Assembly: GCA_966076165.1 (NCBI GenBank)
Contig: CBHRAM010000001.1
Location: 1 to 47,536, forward strand
Reading direction: 5' to 3'
Length of the DNA: 47,536 nt
From: an uncultured Chitinophagaceae bacterium
GTDB lineage: Bacteria; Bacteroidota; Bacteroidia; Chitinophagales; Chitinophagaceae
Below the pieces are notes generated by a model that saw only the letters and a program-made list of their open reading frames with translations, was not told the DNA's origin and ran no database searches. The position numbers and the translations under genes were made by a program. The first letter of the stretch is position 1, and the number at the start of each line of letters is the position of its first letter. Below are positions 45,227 through 47,536 of this stretch, piece by piece.

Positions 45227-46276
45227 TCACCATTTGATCAGAGCACTGGCCCAGGTAAAACCACTGCCAAAAGCTGCCAGGCAAACCAGGTCGCCCTGTT
45301 TGATCTTACCCTTCTCCCAGGCCTCACACAAAGCTATGGGAACAGAAGCTGCGGTAGTGTTACCGTATTGTTGAATATTGTTATATACCTGATCATCGCT
45401 CAGCTTTAATTTGTGCTGTACAAACTGGCTGATCCGCAGATTGGCCTGGTGAGGGATCAGCATACTGATGTCGGAACTTTGATATCCATTGGCTTCCAAA
45501 GCTTCCTGGATCACTTCGGGGAACTTAACTACGGCTTTTTTGAAAACCGATTGCCCATCCATATAAGGGAAGTTCTGGGCATTGTCGATCATAGCATGAC
45601 TCATGAACATATTGGCAATCGGTGCATCATCAAAATCGGCATAGTTATGGGTGCCCCAGTGATTGGCATGTGTGCCGGGGTTATACATGGCCAGTATCTC
45701 GGCCGATTCTCCATCACTATGTAAATGGGTGCTTAATATACCCTGGTTCTCATCTTCGGTAGGCTGCAATACAACGGCGCCTGAGCCATCACCAAAGATC
45801 ACGGAGATATTTCTGCCCCTAGTGGTAAAATCCAGACCAAAAGAATGTTTCTCACTACCTACCACCAGGATATTCTTATACATACCTGTTTTAATGAACT
45901 GATCAGCCACACTCAATGCATATAAAAAACCACTGCACTGGTTACGTACATCCAACGCACCTACTTCTTTCATTTTCAGCGCACGTTGTAACATAACACC
46001 ACAACCGGGAAAATAGTAGTCAGGCGATAGAGTGGCAAATACAATAAAGTCAATATCCTGCGGTGTGGTTCCTGCCCGTTCAATCGCTATTTTGGCCGAT
46101 TCAACAGCCATGGTGGTAGTGGTTTCTTCTGTGCGGTGGGCGTAACGGCGCTCTTTGATACCGGTTCTTTCCTGTATCCACTCATCATTGGTATCCATGT
46201 ACTGGGTAAGATCCTGGTTGGTGACTACGTTCTTGGGTACATACATCCCAATACCGGCAATTTTACTGCGGCGCAT
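45227..46276 (-). CDS. fabH: 3-oxoacyl-ACP synthase III
   Basis: WIQERTGIKERR, NQCSGF (Cys), FGDG, PHQANLRI (His), YGNTTAAS (Asn), AFGSGFTW. Start at ATG 46276. Confidence 0.93.
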   Translation of the reverse strand: MRRSKIAGIGMYVPKNVVTNQDLTQYMDTNDEWIQERTGIKERRYAHRTEETTTTMAVESAKIAIERAGTTPQDIDFIVFATLSPDYYFPGCGVMLQRALKMKEVGALDVRNQCSGFLYALSVADQFIKTGMYKNILVVGSEKHSFGLDFTTRGRNISVIFGDGSGAVVLQPTEDENQGILSTHLHSDGESAEILAMYNPGTHANHWGTHNYADFDDAPIANMFMSHAMIDNAQNFPYMDGQSVFKKAVVKFPEVIQEALEANGYQSSDISMLIPHQANLRISQFVQHKLKLSDDQVYNNIQQYGNTTAASVPIALCEAWEKGKIKQGDLVCLAAFGSGFTWASALIKW

Positions 46277-46317
46277 AGGCAAGCGTTTTAGTGTTAGAGT
46301 GGAGTGAAGATAGCAAA

Positions 46318-46393
46318 GTTTGTGGTTTGTGGTCTCAGGTCTGTTGTTTTCAGAAAAACCACAACTAAAGACCACAAACCACAAACTACAGAC
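46318..46393. repeat. Inverted GTTTGTG / CACAAAC heptamer arrays
   Basis: GTTTGTG GTTTGTG GTCTCAG GTCTGTT, then TAAAGAC CACAAAC CACAAAC TACAGAC. Confidence 0.8.
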
Positions 46394-46400
46394 TGGAAAA

Positions 46401-47402
46401 TCAGTGCCCTGTAGCTGTCATATGAAGCGTTTCTTTCATGAATAGGGCTGCTTCTTTTTCTACCGTAATAATATCTTTCGATTGAATAGGTGAACCCAAT
46501 ACATGGTTGCCAGCTTCGGGTATGGGGATCATTTTTTTCTGCGTTTCTGCTGTGCCTAAATGTGCAAACATTTCTTTCATGGCAGATACTTTCACAACAG
46601 GATCCTGGTGCTGTTCGTCTTTATAATAATATAAGACGAGGGTGGGTTGTTTGATTTTGGAAAAATTAGCATCCGTCATGGTGGTCTCTAATAATTCTTC
46701 CAGTTCTACCGTAGCTTCCAGACGATATCGATCGTTCCAGTATTTTTTGTACTCGGGATTATCTTTATGGATGATATTGAATTTAGATCCTTTCACCAGT
46801 CTTGCGATCTGTAACCCCCATGGATTATTCAATAACCATGCATTGGGATCATTGATAGCAATATTGGGAGAGAGTAGAACCAATCCGGCTACTTCCGGAT
46901 AAGCAGCCGCCAGTTGTAAAGCCAGCGTACCACCGGTAGAAGTGCCCATCAGGATCACTTTGTTGCCTAATTGTTTGCCGATAGCGTAAGCTTCTTTGGC
47001 GGATTCCCAGAGGTTATCTGCGGTCATGTTTGCTAAAGCATCTGATGTGTCAATCCCATGTTGTGATAATCTTGACAGATAAAGATTGCATCCAAATTCT
47101 TTGGCGAGATTTCTGTGTACAGGATCGCCTTCTTCCTGGGAGGCACTAAACCCATGCAGGTACACAATGGCGTATTCTGTTTTTTGTTTGAGAGAATCAT
47201 TGGCCCAAACGATCCGGGCTTCATTATCTGGTTTGATCTTGTGTTTTGATTCCTGATCAGCTATATATTTTTCCAGGCTGACCGCCGCTGCAGGAACGGT
47301 TGGAACAGCTAGATCATACACTGGTGTAGCAGGGTGAGAGCCAAACAGGTAAACAATGACCAATACAAGTAATACGGCAAACAATCTTGTGAGAAAACGC
47401 AT
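46401..47402 (-). CDS. Membrane-anchored alpha/beta hydrolase (carboxylesterase/lipase-like)
   Basis: N-terminal TM, YLHGFSAS, GTSTGG, QDPVV Asp, GNHV His. Confidence 0.85.
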   Translation of the reverse strand: MRFLTRLFAVLLVLVIVYLFGSHPATPVYDLAVPTVPAAAVSLEKYIADQESKHKIKPDNEARIVWANDSLKQKTEYAIVYLHGFSASQEEGDPVHRNLAKEFGCNLYLSRLSQHGIDTSDALANMTADNLWESAKEAYAIGKQLGNKVILMGTSTGGTLALQLAAAYPEVAGLVLLSPNIAINDPNAWLLNNPWGLQIARLVKGSKFNIIHKDNPEYKKYWNDRYRLEATVELEELLETTMTDANFSKIKQPTLVLYYYKDEQHQDPVVKVSAMKEMFAHLGTAETQKKMIPIPEAGNHVLGSPIQSKDIITVEKEAALFMKETLHMTATGH

Positions 47403-47491
47403 GGCTGAAGCTTTGTTTAAAACTACTGATTATTTTCAGGGATTGCTTGCCGTCCCTGTAAATCCCTGTTTTTTTTAATGATAGATTAAGG

Positions 47492-47536
47492 TTCACGCAG
47501 AGGCGCAAAGGCGCAGTTTGTTTTACCGCGCCTTTG
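47492..47536. repeat. CACGCAGAGGCGCAAAG-family repeat, truncated by the window edge
   Basis: TTCACGCAGAGGCGCAAAGGCGCAG...GCGCCTTTG, same family as 27620-27662. Confidence 0.65.

Noticed and set aside
63-46393. Tandem arrays as CRISPR
   Set aside because: Units are 7-9 nt with no unique spacers and there are no cas genes.

Overview
Core chromosomal segment of a Bacteroidota bacterium, probably Chitinophagaceae-like (inferred from gene content and TAnnTTTG promoters). It starts with the distal alternative complex III operon (actC-D-E-F) followed by an A1-type aa3 cytochrome c oxidase cluster (subunits II, I, heme o synthase, two subunit III genes, subunit IV, SCO, DUF420). Housekeeping and envelope genes follow: ATL, trmB, GH97, ada, asnC, Wzz/O-antigen ligase, GT2, MarR plus acyl-CoA dehydrogenase, a LytTR-kelch-DUF4270-outer-membrane-barrel module, amidase, S9 peptidase, korB, JmjC, Sua5/YciO, rnhB, ctaA, a patatin membrane protein, a lipid kinase and fabH. 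I saw no phage, IS or CRISPR. The most striking unexplained element is a standalone ~176-nt tRNA-shaped RNA gene on the minus strand (17630-17805). It has a GUC (Asp) anticodon, an 8-bp acceptor stem and a 100-nt, highly structured domain in place of the variable arm, has its own terminator, and is divergent from an AsnC ortholog. Also notable: many intergenic 7/8/9-mer tandem arrays arranged as inverted hairpins at gene junctions, a LytTR regulator whose receiver domain cannot be phosphorylated, and an EF-hand loop in the DUF420 oxidase assembly protein. All calls come from motif reading by eye; no database searches were run.
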